From Lama glama (taxonomy: Eukaryota), in NCBI GenBank assembly GCA_028534125.1, contig CM052817.1, positions 30,878,001-30,942,000 on the forward strand: DNA of 64,000 bases, in the 5' to 3' direction. Every line of letters starts with the position of its first letter. Positions within the stretch are counted from its first letter, which is position 1. This document shows, piece after piece, positions 27,225 through 39,271 of this stretch. A program made the position numbers and the translations under genes. The notes beneath the pieces were generated by a model. It ran no database searches and was not told where the DNA came from. It saw nothing but the letters and a program-made list of their open reading frames with translations.

Positions 27225-28540
27225 CTATCACTCTTGAATCTTATTTCACTCCTTCAGGAATATCATTTCAAGATTACACTGATTGCCTTTCAGTAAATGT
27301 GTCAGCTCTTTGTTCTGGGAGAAACCATAATGTGGCAAAGCAACAGAGCAGCTTTGCAAATAAACCAAAAAAAGTAACTGTGTGAAAGAAGATCCATATC
27401 TTTGCTTTACCTCCTAATTCTGTCTGAGTCCTTATTTAACTATCCTGCACTCATCAATTACCAAGTCACGTCACTCCATCTGAGGTAAACATTTTATTTG
27501 ACTCTGACTTCTACTACCATTTCTAAGTCCATTCCACTTGTTTAAGGCCTTGCTATTATTCCAATCCCTCACAATTTGTCTACTGCAGAAATTCCTGATG
27601 ATCAAGATGATGAGAATAAAGATGCTCTGATCTAGAGGAGATAGCCTGATTTTTTTCTGTTGCCTAACACTTATCTCAGATGTTGCTAGGAAATGTTAAA
27701 CATTATAGAAATTTAATACATGCTCATACTCCATAGATATATGAAGATAGTGATTTAATTTGGAAAAATAGTCTATCTTGAGCTCAGCGAGACATCTACA
27801 GTAAAACATAACTGAGATTAGCACTGGGTCCTCGACAGGGGTCTATTAATTATCGTTGCCCTACGAGTATTTTTTGTTGTTGTTGTTCCCCTGCCCCAGG
27901 CTGCTCTGATTTATGAACAGCTTTTCATATTCACAAAGCAGTTCATGAATCACCCTGGCCCAGCAGAAATGAATAAAAATGAGCCCATTTACACAACACT
28001 TGGTATGTAGCTAATTACCTGAAAATGACTGCTTGGGATTGCACTGAGAAGGGTGTCATCAACACTCAGCACGAAGAGTACAAAGCAGAGGGAGAAAAGA
28101 AAGCAGAATAAAAAGATAAAAATATAAAAATGTAAGAGTAGCATGCTGCTTATTCAGTGTGGATTTTTTAAAGCATCACCAAAGAGTACCTAATGATGTC
28201 ATCCAATAGAGGAATGGTTAAGTACCATGGAATTTCTATATGATGGAATCCTGACTATCCATTAAAATTGGAGAATACCAGTGACTTAGGAAAATTCTTA
28301 CCTTTAAGGTTAACCAAAAAGCATCAAATGAAATTGTTAAATACTCTGTATTCCCAACTTTATTAAACACTATACTTAGAAGAAAGGAAATTAATATTGT
28401 AGTAATGGTATTACGGGTCATTTTTATTCTATCTATAATTTTATTCTATCTATACTATTCAGGTGTTTTACTACGACTATGCATTAATATTATAATGTAT
28501 TTACATTAGTAATTTTACACATATGTATTTATTTATTTAG

Positions 28541-28624
28541 AAGCATATTGCTTAAAAATACTACTACCACTATGTACCAAACAAGCATATTGCTTAAAAA
28601 TACTACTACCACTATGTACCAAAC
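28541..28624. repeat. Perfect 42-bp tandem duplication
   Basis: aagcatattgcttaaaaatactactaccactatgtaccaaac x2. Confidence 0.98.
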
Positions 28625-29352
28625 CTCTTCTCGCCTGTTCCATGCTGTATCCACCTACATAATCCTACATAAGAGTACCACAAACTTAAGGCATCTTTTG
28701 TCCAAACTGCCACCAATCGAAAAGTGTAGGGTTGAACTCTCTCCCACCTGAGTGATTGTCATGTTTTCTTGATAATTTAAACATTTCTCTGATGTGAGAT
28801 ATTCATATTTCTAGAAATATGACAAAGCTTATATGACAATATCTTTTATCTTCTGAGATCTGACTAATAAAAACAAACAACAAAAAACAAAACAACAAAA
28901 AAAGTATGACAGCATGAAGGTGCAGTTGGATTTTTAACCACTGTAGCCTCAATGCTCACAGTATTGCCTGATTCCTAATGAGTCCTCTACCATTTTTATA
29001 TTCATTATTCAGTGAGTAAAAGAGGTCCTGAATTACTGACAACTAAATGAACACTGAAAATATATAATAAGGTCAACTCATAAACTGTTTGTTTTACTGC
29101 TTGTGGGAGAAATTTACTGAACCAATTGTTCTCTGTTTAGATTTATCTGGCCTGAGTACAATAACTGTAAAGACAATCAACCTTAACTCCTGAATCTAGC
29201 ATATCTGAATTTGAATTCTCAGTGTTACCATTTCCAATGTAAACTTGGAAACTTTTCACCTATCAGGTGTCAGTTTCCTTATCTTTGAAACTTGCATAAG
29301 AAAGGCATCAACATAATAAAGCTATTGTGAATAATATATCAAATAATGCATG

Positions 29353-29806
29353 TGTGGTAGCCAGAATAATGGCCCTCCAAGAGGTCCATATCAGAATTCT
29401 CAGGACCTGTAAATATGTTTCATTACAGTGTCAACAGGGATTTCGCAGATGTGATTAATGTAAGGACTTTGAAATGAGATTTACTGGGTATACTGGGTCT
29501 CATGTAATCACAAGGGTTCTTATACAAGGAAGACAGGAGAGTCAGAGGGTGAGAATGGAAGGAGACATTGGAATGATGGAGGAAGACAGAGGAAGAGGGC
29601 ATGAGCCAAGGAATGCAGGCAGTCTCTAGAAGCTGGAAAAGGCAAGGAAATAGATCCTTCCCTAGAGCCTCCACAAGGAATACAGCCCTGCTGAAATCTT
29701 CATTTTAGGACTTCAAACCTCTAGAACTATAAGAGAGTAAATCTGTGTTGTTTTAAACCACTAAATTTATGGTAACTTGCTATAAGAGCAATTGATAACT
29801 AATATA
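29353..29806 (+). mobile_element. MaLR LTR (MLT1D-like) inserted in a MIR
   Basis: atgagccaaggaatgcaggcagtctctagaagctggaaaaggcaaggaaatagat core; ends ataactaatata. Confidence 0.9.
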
Positions 29807-30287
29807 GTAAGAAAGATGCTTAGGACAATAGTTGTCATATATGATTTCAAAATAATACTAGCTGAGATCACCCTGCCCCTTTAGATCTGGGTAAGAGTAG
29901 CTTAAATACACAACCCATTATTTGTGGGAGTCCAACACCTTCTCCAGGATTGCTGGGGCTTCCCTGAGGGTTTCATGATTTGGCTACCTCTGGCTTTGAA
30001 GTTCAGGTCTTGCTGAATTGGTTTAATTTACAGAATACTGTTCCATGAATACTGTCAAGATATGAAATTCAGCCACTTTACAAGAGTATAAATAAAGCAT
30101 TTACATAAAGCTGTAGTGTGGGGGGATGTTGGGATGGAGCTTGGTTTAGATAAATAGAGAAAAATTTATTATCATAGCAATGCAAAAATCTTAAAATTGA
30201 ATATTAAATAAGACCGTTTTTGAAATATTTTACTACTCCATCATTTTGCTTTCCCACATCTAAATTCTTCTTAAATCTCACAGCAAT

Positions 30288-30348
30288 TTATACATATATA
30301 TACACATACATATATATATATATATTATATATATATATATACACACAC
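30288..30348. repeat. (TA)/(CA) microsatellite replacing the L1 tail
   Basis: tatacatatatatacacatacatatatatata...acacacac. Confidence 0.9.
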
Positions 30349-31205
30349 TGAAGTATAGTCAGTTTACAATGTTGTGTCAATTCCTGCTGTACGGCACAAT
30401 ACTTCAGTCATATAGGAACATACATATATTTGTTTTCATATTCTTTTTCACCATAAATTACCACAAGATACTGAATATATTTCCCTGTGCTATACAGTAT
30501 AAACTTGTTTATCTATTTTATATGTAAGTTAATATCTGCAAATCACAAACTCCCAATTTATCCCTTCCCACCCTCTTCCCCCCACGGTAACCATAAGTTT
30601 GTTTTCTGTCTATGAGTGTGTTTCTGTTTTGTAAATAAGTTCATTTGTCTTTTTTTTTAGAGTCCACATATTAAGTGATATCATATTTTTCTTTCTCTTT
30701 CTGGCTTACTTCACTTAAATGACATTCTCCAGGTCCATCCATGTTGCTGCAAATGGCATTTTTCTTTTTTATGGCTGAGTAGTATTCCGTTGTATAAGTA
30801 TACCACAGTTTCTTTATCCGGTCATCTGTTGATGGACATTTAGGTTGTTTCCATTTCTTGGCTATTGTAAATAGTATTGCTATGAACATTGGGGTGCATT
30901 TATCTTTTTGACTTAAGGTTTCCTTGGGAATACATACCCAGGAGTGGGATTGCTGGATCATATGATAAGTCTATTTTTAGTCTTTTGAGGAATCTCCATA
31001 CTGTTTTCCATAATGGCTGCACTAAACTGCATTTCCACCAACAGTGTGGGAGAGTTCCGTTTACTCCACAGCCTCTCCAGCATTTATCATTTGTGGACTT
31101 TTGAATGATGGCCATTCTGACTGGTGTGAGGTGATGTTACCTCATTGTAGTTTTGACTTGCATTTCTCTGATAATTAGCGATATTGAGCATTTTTTCATG
31201 TGCTT
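30349..31205 (-). mobile_element. 5'-truncated L1 (ORF2 C-terminus plus 3' UTR)
   Basis: ORF remnants [34 protein letters not shown]...YDPAIPLLG and [23 protein letters not shown]. Confidence 0.96.
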
Positions 31206-31779
31206 TTTGTTTCTCTATCATTCATGTCTCCTGCTCTCAGGATTTCACCTTCAAATGCCAAGGTATTTCCCCAAATCTAGTAACCTACCTAAAATAAAAT
31301 TTTGGTGCCAACTATGAAGATAATACATATTGTTTTCATCACTCAGAAAGGGAAAAAAAATCTATGTGCTCATTGGTCGTAACTTAGGCTAGCCCAGCTG
31401 TCATCTTTCACTGGTATTTTTGGGTGATAAACCTAACATGGATTAAGGATTCAGCCTGAAGGCCAAAAGAAGCCATGGAACATTCTACAAACAAACTTTA
31501 CAAAGTGATACTGATATCAGTCTTATTACTGTTACTCTCTATCAATCTCACCAATCTTAGAGGTATGATTAGGATTCAGCATTTTCAGGCTTTTTTCCCC
31601 ATCATCTTTCTCATATTCCTTTCATACAGATTCTACCAACCTGTACAGTTATGCTCTACAGAGATCACATTTACAAACTGGAGTTCATTCCTATAAAATT
31701 GAAGATTATAGGGAAATCTCACCCAGATGTGCATAATTTGTTCATTTATTTATGTTCCCATTCTTATTTACAAAAGTGC

Positions 31780-31784
<5 letters not shown>

Positions 31785-31817
<33 letters not shown>

Positions 31818-31828
31818 TGTGTGTGTGT
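31785..31828. repeat. (TG)n microsatellite
   Basis: About 22 TG units with one interruption. Confidence 0.97.
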
Positions 31829-34199
31829 AGCTAGGTTTTAGGCTAGTTAAGGGCCGGGACTTCCTGGATTGCGTTTTATCAGCAATAAGAGTCATGCTGC
31901 CCTTAAACATCAAATGTACATAACTTGTGATAACAGTGACTGAAGCTCAATGACCATGCAGCCTACATCTTAATAAATAAATACTACAGCAACATGATTT
32001 CCATTCATTCCAAAGTATCATGGGACCATAGTTTCTAACTAAGAGCTGATTATAGTGTTCTAACCTAACCTTTAAAATGTCAATAAATTGGATTATAGTG
32101 TAAGTCATTCTAAATGTCTTTGAAAGAAGACAGATGAATGTTATGCTGTCACGAATCTGCACCTATGGGAAGTCTGTGTTCAGAAAAGCAGTCAGTTAAT
32201 GCTTTTGCCTTTAGCTGGTTCTAGTCTATTGTACTTTCATTTGCTATCAGCCAATGGTCATATTTTCACGCAGTCAGAATGAATGACTTGAGTGTTAAAA
32301 GTCAAAAACAAAATTCACAAAACACTTCAGTCTCAAAGCCCTCAACTCATCTAATTTTGTGATTTTTGGCACCTTTGCCTCCATAGAGGATTTTGAATAT
32401 CAGGCTGCTTCAACCTCAGTGTGAGAACATTTCCATGAAGGTGTGTTAATTAAGTATAGAGATGACTAACCACTGCTGAGTAATCACATTATGCAAGATG
32501 AAAAAATGGAAACACAGAGAGTAGTCATTCTTAGAGATGTTCATTGCTACTTCACACCCAGAAGTTAAGACCTCAACAGAACTCTTCTAGGGACATCATC
32601 TCTCTTTTTGTTGATGATCCTGGGAATTCCTGCTGAGCAATTTTTCTCACAAAGAGCGCAGGACACTCAGCTCCCTTAGTCATAAGTATTACAAAATCTA
32701 GATACGCCAAATCCTTAAGTTAGCAGAGACTGACATTCTGTTGCATAAATTTTTACAGGCCACAACGTGAATTTATGCTTACCTACTTGCATAATGGTCC
32801 CTCTTTTGAGTCTCAAAGATCCCTCTCTTCTTGGGTAAGAGATTTTACAGGTCCCTGGTGACTATATTTGTATGTGTCTAAATAATTTGGGGATAGTTAG
32901 CACCTAAGCCAAGTTGGGCCAGTGAAATCCTCTTGAGAATTTTGGAGGTAGATTCCAAACTTTGGAAAGGTAGATCCCAAGAAGGTAGCTGTTTCACTAA
33001 TGTCAGTGTTCTCCAGAGAGAGGCAGGCATTTCCTACTGCTCAAGGTCTTGGAGCTGCCTTTATTTCATCTCTTTCTAAGTTGTGACTATTTAACTGTCT
33101 TTAGTGTCTTAATAGGATTGGGAACAGGAAAAGTGAGTTCCCTCAGGAGATCATAGTTGAAAACACATCAGGTCATGGGCAAGTTTCTGGTGTGATGTGC
33201 AGTTTCCCAAGGTGATATAAATTCAATTTATATTTATTAATTGCTGAATGGATTGGTCATAACAGATAGTAACAGTAAACTCAGTTATGATTTCCAAAAG
33301 CTTTTTTTTTTTAATCACTCCCAGCTGTAGTACCCATATGCATGAGATATGATCTTCATTTTACAGACAGTGCTTTATTGGCTTTTCAAATTGTTTTGTA
33401 AAAATTCCAGAGCCTCACAATGTGTGAATCAGTGGTTCAGCATAAGATTTTGATGCATGTTCTGATTTTGATATGATGTGGTTAACTAACCAGATGGCAC
33501 GTGTCTAAAACTGATGTCAATTAAGTGAGAAAAGTTGACCAATGGGGCTCAAATGATGTTATCAAATATCCCGAAAGCTTTTAATAATTCCACACATATC
33601 TTATTCTAATTTTATTTTTTAAATTATACTGATTTTAAACTATAAGCATGTATGCCATAATACTGCCTACGCCACATTTTAATGCACTCAAGACCATCAT
33701 AATATTAACTTGTGCTTCCAGGTTAGCTTATGCAGAGTGTGGAGCACCAAGTAAGGCTTTCCTTTAATCCACTGCTATATACCTACTGGAGATAAGCCAC
33801 CTATGAATGCATCTGAATCGTTTACAAAGGTGCTGTTGATTATAGAGGAGGTTACAGAGCAGATGGGTGTTTTCCTCCCTAATTCACAGTAGCCCATGTC
33901 TGATCATGTATAATTTTAGAAATGTTTCCATATTTATTAGGATTTTCTCAATACCATACAAATAAAATACAACACAAAAATAATTGGTGCTGAGGGAGAT
34001 TTAAGACCATAATTCTCATCATAATCCCTGCTTTCAAATTTGTGTGCTCATTAAAAAAGATGTCAATGTTTGAATTTATAAGGTTATTAACAAGATATGG
34101 CTTTCACTTATTTCATTTGTATTTTGTATATTGAGTTTCTCTATAAGATCTCATTTTATTAAAAGTTTCCTCAGAGGAAAAATGAAAGCAGCATTGTAG

Positions 34200-34413
34200 C
34201 AGAGTTTTTCAACCTTGACACTAATGACATTTCGGAATAAATAATTCTTGGGTGCTGTCCTGCGGGGCATTGTAGAATGTTTAGTGGCATTCCTGGCCTC
34301 CACCCATTAGATGTCAGTATCAACCTTCCACCCCCGGCTCCACAATCAAAACTGTCTCCAGATATTGTCAAATGTCCCCTGTGGGAAAAATTATTCCCAG
34401 TTGAAAAGAATTG
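34200..34413. mobile_element. MER20 hAT DNA transposon
   Basis: gcattgtagaatgtttagtggcattcctggcctccacccattagatg...tgtctccagatattgtcaaatgtcccct. Confidence 0.9.
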
Positions 34414-36149
34414 GCTAAGTCAAAACATCATAGAGATGGCCACACTTTAGTAATTCCTAGAGAATATTCACAATTTCATAAACTTTTAAAATTCATAAGT
34501 AGCTGTTAAACAAAGAATACAGTAAAAAGATGATGTTTTTGAGGCTTTTAAAAAATTTATGTTGTCTTATTGAAGATGTTTGAAACACTTTGCAGACCAT
34601 AAAAATAATGTTTCAGAATTGTATTTTCAGACTACAAAAGACAGTTATGAGATATTATTAAACAAAAAAATTAATTCATACAATTATGGGAGCAGTGAGC
34701 AAGAAGTAATCTAGTAAAATCCTCTTATGTGCTCAATTCTGGTATATGACCAGTTTTCAAATTTTTTAAAACATATTTTAAGAATTTTTTTAATTAACTT
34801 TAAAATTCATTTTACTCTTGCCTAATGCTCAAATCAATCTGATTAGTCGACCACCATTTGCCTAAGAAAAGCTTCAAAGGAAATCTCTACTTTCATCTTT
34901 CATAAAGAAAGCCAAAGAGAAATTGGGAAGATCTAGGGGTTTTCTTAATAATGTTTTTAAGAAGATGCCTGTTAGGTGAACAAAATGACTAAAACAATAA
35001 CTGCCCTTGGCAGCCTCAAAAATCATAGGTATGAAAAGTACTTTGTCAAATTGACATACACTGTTGAAGGGAGTGTAAATTGGCTCCATTTCCGTGAATA
35101 ACAATGTGGCAAAATTTAAAATGCATATACCATTTTTTCTAACAATTTCCATTTGAGAAATAGCCAGTCAATGTAGTCAGACATAGTAGCGTGTACCAGT
35201 ATATTCAGAGCATCTTTATTTGTAAAAGATACGAAACAACATAAATGCATCCCCCAAGTATGATTAGGAAAATAAATTATGCTATTTCCATGCAACTCAA
35301 CATATCGTAGTAAATTTTCTTACGGGCAGCTTATTTACTCATATAGAACCAAATCCAAGATGCACCTGTCAATGAAAACAAGCCATATTCAAAGCAGGGT
35401 GCATGGTGGGCTTCTAATTAAGAAGTTCCCCCTAAGAAGATACAGGTGGGCTTCTATTTGTACACAGAGTATATGTGGAAATTTTCCAACCTTTGTAGCT
35501 CCTGGGGATTAAAGCCAAAAGAAAACTTATTACTAAATTTGAATTTTGAATTCTTTAAATTATGATTACACATTACTTTGTGAAAGAGGACCATGTAATT
35601 GCTTTTTTTTTTAATAAAGTACTGTGTCAGTTCCAAAGTGATATTGCATGTTTGTATGAGTGGATTAGCCATATGAATCAAGTTACTCTCAGACCCCACA
35701 GTCCAGGAAACCAGCCCAGGCACGAGAAAAATGGAGGGACAGTGGGGACCCGGGTAGGCTATCTGGAGTCAGGAACCTTGGGTTTACATAAATGCATAAG
35801 CTGAACTGGAGTCGGTAGGTATGGTGTAAACATCCATCCTAGGATAGCGTTTCTTTCCTGGTTATGTACTATCTATCTACTGAGTATAGGTGGACCAGGG
35901 CCTCAGCGATGAATCTGATGGACCTCTCTAACAGTGGGGAATGTGAGTCAGAAAGGACGAATTTTGTTGCTGTTGTTGTTGTTGCTTTTGCTGTCTTATT
36001 AGGTTGCAGCAGGAGAGGAAGATGGGCTTCGATGCACAACGTAGATATTCTCCTGCTCATAAAGCCAGACTTGCTGCAGATATTGGCAGAGACATTGCTA
36101 GGATGCTAGTAAATATAGGAAGGACAATGGGATAATAATAGTTCTAATA

Positions 36150-36372
36150 GTGGCCATCATTTGTGGAGCACTGACAAAGCAGAGGGCACTGGGCTAAAAG
36201 CTTTGCGCACATTATCTCTCTCAGTCTTCACAGCCATTGAAGGCAGTCGATGTTTTGATTGATAAGGGGACTGAGGCTCCTAGAGATAAATTAACTAGCC
36301 CCAGCTCCCACCACCAGTGAGCAGCAAAGAAAGACTCAAACGCAATCTGCCTGCCTTCAAAATCTTTAATCA
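36150..36372 (-). mobile_element. MIR SINE about 100 bp upstream of the exon
   Basis: gataagggactgaggctcctagagataaattaactagccc core. Many other MIR relics occur (about 1260, 3700, 4870, 5800, 8570, 13110, 16150, 18970, 29200, 44890, 49200, 53080, 56720, 59750). Confidence 0.7.
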
Positions 36373-36476
36373 CAGAATTTTGATGTCAGCTGGTGGGCAT
36401 GAGTCAGGGCTGGGAAGCCTGGGAAGGAAAGTTATCATCCTTACGATGTTGTCTTTTCTCTCTCTCACCCTGACAG

Positions 36477-36559
36477 GATCACAACCACAGCTGCCTGCAT
36501 GATGGATCTACGGAGATATCCTCTGGACGAGCAAAACTGCACCCTGGAGATTGAAAGTT
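36477..36559 (+). CDS. GABRB1: Internal 83-bp coding exon of a GABA-A receptor beta subunit (Cys-loop exon, equivalent to exon 5); most likely beta-1
   Basis: Frame from 36478 reads [27 protein letters not shown], with the C-x13-C Cys-loop shared by GABRB1/2/3. The acceptor is gtcttttctctctctcaccctgacAG (AG 36475-36476) and the donor is GTGAGT at 36560. The exon starts in phase 2 and ends in phase 1. The family call is near certain. The paralog call rests on recalled synonymous codons (GAT CTx CGx AGA TAT, ACC CTG GAG ATx GAA AGT) and the very long flanking introns, so it is less sure. Confidence 0.88.
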
Positions 36560-37320
36560 GTGAGTTACTTGGGCAGGGGAACAAAAAGGAGGGATGTTGG
36601 CTTGATCCAATTAAATTCAACCTCATACTGAGTAATTGGTACCAGGATATTTTAACTACACTATCCTGCCTACTTTTCAAAGGGTTCACAGTCTAGTGAC
36701 ATTTTCCTTTATAATGCTGATTTAAGGTTCATTTCAATACAGTTATTTTTTGGAACCATTAAGGAAAGTCTACTTATTTTAGCTGGACAATTTATAAACT
36801 CATACTTTCTCCTTCTCAGAATCAAGTTTCTCCTAAGGCCTTCCAATACCCAAGCTGTGGTAATAACAGAGGGAAAATAGTTTAATATGAAAAGACTTTG
36901 TGAGATTGTTTTTGGTTCTATAGTCTGTCTACCTGAAGGACTGTAAATTGTTGTCTTTTAGAAAAACCGTCTTAAAGTCTTGTGTGCAGTTATCTTTCTT
37001 CAAGGGAAGAACAAGATGATAAATGATATTTATGAGGCTTGTGGTTTAAGCCAAAGACTTAATGACTGATTTTGGTTTGTCCTCTTAGGTTGTTTTTCAT
37101 TGATTGGTTTACTGAATATTTTAGTCACTAAGATTTAATCTGATTGCTTATCTTTGTTTCATTGTTTCTGAACTATCAACGTTCAAGCATTTGAGCCCAT
37201 TTATTCCAGGCAAGGCCATTTCCTGGTTTTCAGGGGCACAGAAAGTGCAGTGGGTAATTCAGAGCATTGTAATACCACTTAATGTAATGTGAGAAGAGAT
37301 ATACTTCTTTAGATCATTTA

Positions 37321-38195
37321 TTTTTTTAATTTTTTATTGAAGTATAGTTGATTTGCAATGTTGTACTTGTTTCAGGTGTACAGCAAAGTGATTCAGTTAC
37401 ACATATACATATATATACAGTCTTTCTTAGATTCTTTTCCATTATAGGCTATTAAAACATACTGAATATAGTTCCCTGTGCTATACAGTAGGTCCTTGTT
37501 GTTTATCTATTTTCTATATAGTAGTTGTATATACTAATCCCAAACTCCTAATATAAATTAAATAAATCCCTTCCCCCCACCCCTTTTCCTTTGGTAGCAA
37601 TAGTTTGTTTTCTATGTCTGTGAGTCTATTTCTGCTTTGTAAATAATTTCATTTGTATCATTTTTTTGATTCCACATATAAGTGATATCATATGATATTT
37701 GTCTTTCTCTGACATTTGTAGGTCCATCTATGTTGCTGCAAATGGTATTATTTTATCTTTTTATGGCTGAATAGTATTTCATTATATATATATATACACA
37801 CACAGATATAGATATAGATTCAGACACATATACATACATACCATATCTTCTTTATCCAGTCATCTGTCAATGGACATTTACGTTGCTTTCACATCCTGGC
37901 TATTGTAAATAGTGCTGCTATGAGCATTGAGGTGCATGTATCTTCTTGAATTAGAGTTTTCTCTGGATATACGCCCAGGGGTTGGATTACAAGATCATAC
38001 AATAACTCTATTTTTAGTTTTTTAAGGAACCTCCTTACTGTTCCCCATAGTGGCTGTAACAATTTACATTCCCACCAGTGGTGTAGGAGGATTCCTTTTT
38101 CTCCACACCCTCTCCATATGTGGGCCTTTTAATGATGGCCATTCTGACTGTGTGAGGTGACACCTCATTGTAGTTTTGATTTGCATTTCTTTTAG
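37321..38195 (-). mobile_element. 5'-truncated L1 (ORF2 C-terminus plus 3' UTR)
   Basis: poly(T)-tattgaagtatagttgattt start and a perfect 12-bp TSD ttagatcattta (37309-37320, 38196-38207). Confidence 0.96.
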
Positions 38196-39103
38196 TTAGA
38201 TCATTTAAAATACTTTCAAAATGGTAAAGAAAAAGGGAAAATTTCAGGTGATCTTCTAGTATTATTAAAGAATAAATGTATTCTCCATTGACTGATTAAT
38301 AAGTAATTACATTCTAGTTTCTACTGAATACAGACATAGACGTAGATAAAGATGCTTATGCAAATATAGATATAGATTCAGACATAGCCATTGATCTGTT
38401 ACCAGTAGAACTTGGAATGAACAAGAAAATTCATGAACTATTCTTTAATTAATATTCTAATTTTAAAATGCATTAAATAAATAAGTTGGTTGAAAGGTGT
38501 TAACATGTGAAAGTATTAATGGTGACTTTTGATTTAAATGGCAACCAAATTCAAACTACAGAATGAAATATAAGCTCAATTACTTATTAATGACTAGTAA
38601 TGTTTTATAAATAAGGCAGAACTTTAGCTAAGCAAGTAAACCATTAGCTTTTGGACATAGAAAGAGAAGGATAATTCACGAATTGCTCACTCATATGGGT
38701 TGCATTTTACCCTTGACCCCTCTTCCATTGATAGTGATTTTTTTACCTTTGCTTCTGCTGGACAACATTAGGATATGACAGTCTGTCAAAATTCCAAGGT
38801 CTTATATTTACATCATTCACTTAAAGAAGCAATGAATTTTGACAAGTGCTTGAATGGATTCTAGGCATAAATTCCAAGTGCTAAAATTATCAGCATTTTC
38901 TCCCAAAGTGCATATTTTATTTTATAGGTAATTTTCTTTTATACAGGCAATTTTCTTTATTCGTATTTAGAAAATAGATGACTTTTAGGTCTATTTATCG
39001 TATCACACAATGACCAAAACCAAAACTATAAATGAGGTAGAAATGACTCTGTGGGGTAAGGATGGGGGAGACCCAAACAATCAGAGAGTCAAAAGTTATT
39101 CTG

Positions 39104-39271
39104 TACTGTATAGCACAGGGAAATATATACAAGATCTTATGGTAGCTCACAGAGAAAAAATGTGACAATGAATATATATATGTTCATGTATAACTGAAAA
39201 ATTGTGCTCTACACTGGAATTTGACACAACATTGTAAAATGATCATAAATCAGTAAAAAATGTTTTAAAAA
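39104..39271 (+). mobile_element. Very short L1 3' end (camelid-like subfamily)
   Basis: tactgtatagcacagggaaatatatacaagatctt...gacacaacattgtaaaatg...A-tail, with a 13-bp TSD aaaagttatYctg (39091-39103, 39272-39284). Confidence 0.88.

Larger units (their letters stand above)
1..36476 (+). other. 3' part of the large intron upstream of the Cys-loop exon
   Basis: No sequence for the preceding beta-subunit exon (ending ...VLYGLR) recognised in 36 kb; repeat-rich. Confidence 0.8.

Noticed and set aside
28548..28751. ORF with repeated peptide LKNTTTTMYQTS
   Set aside because: By-product of the 42-bp tandem duplication; non-ATG start and no splice or homology support
36499..36696. 65-aa [17 protein letters not shown]... 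as a stand-alone gene
   Set aside because: Only the part up to 36559 is exon; the rest is read-through past the GTGAGT donor
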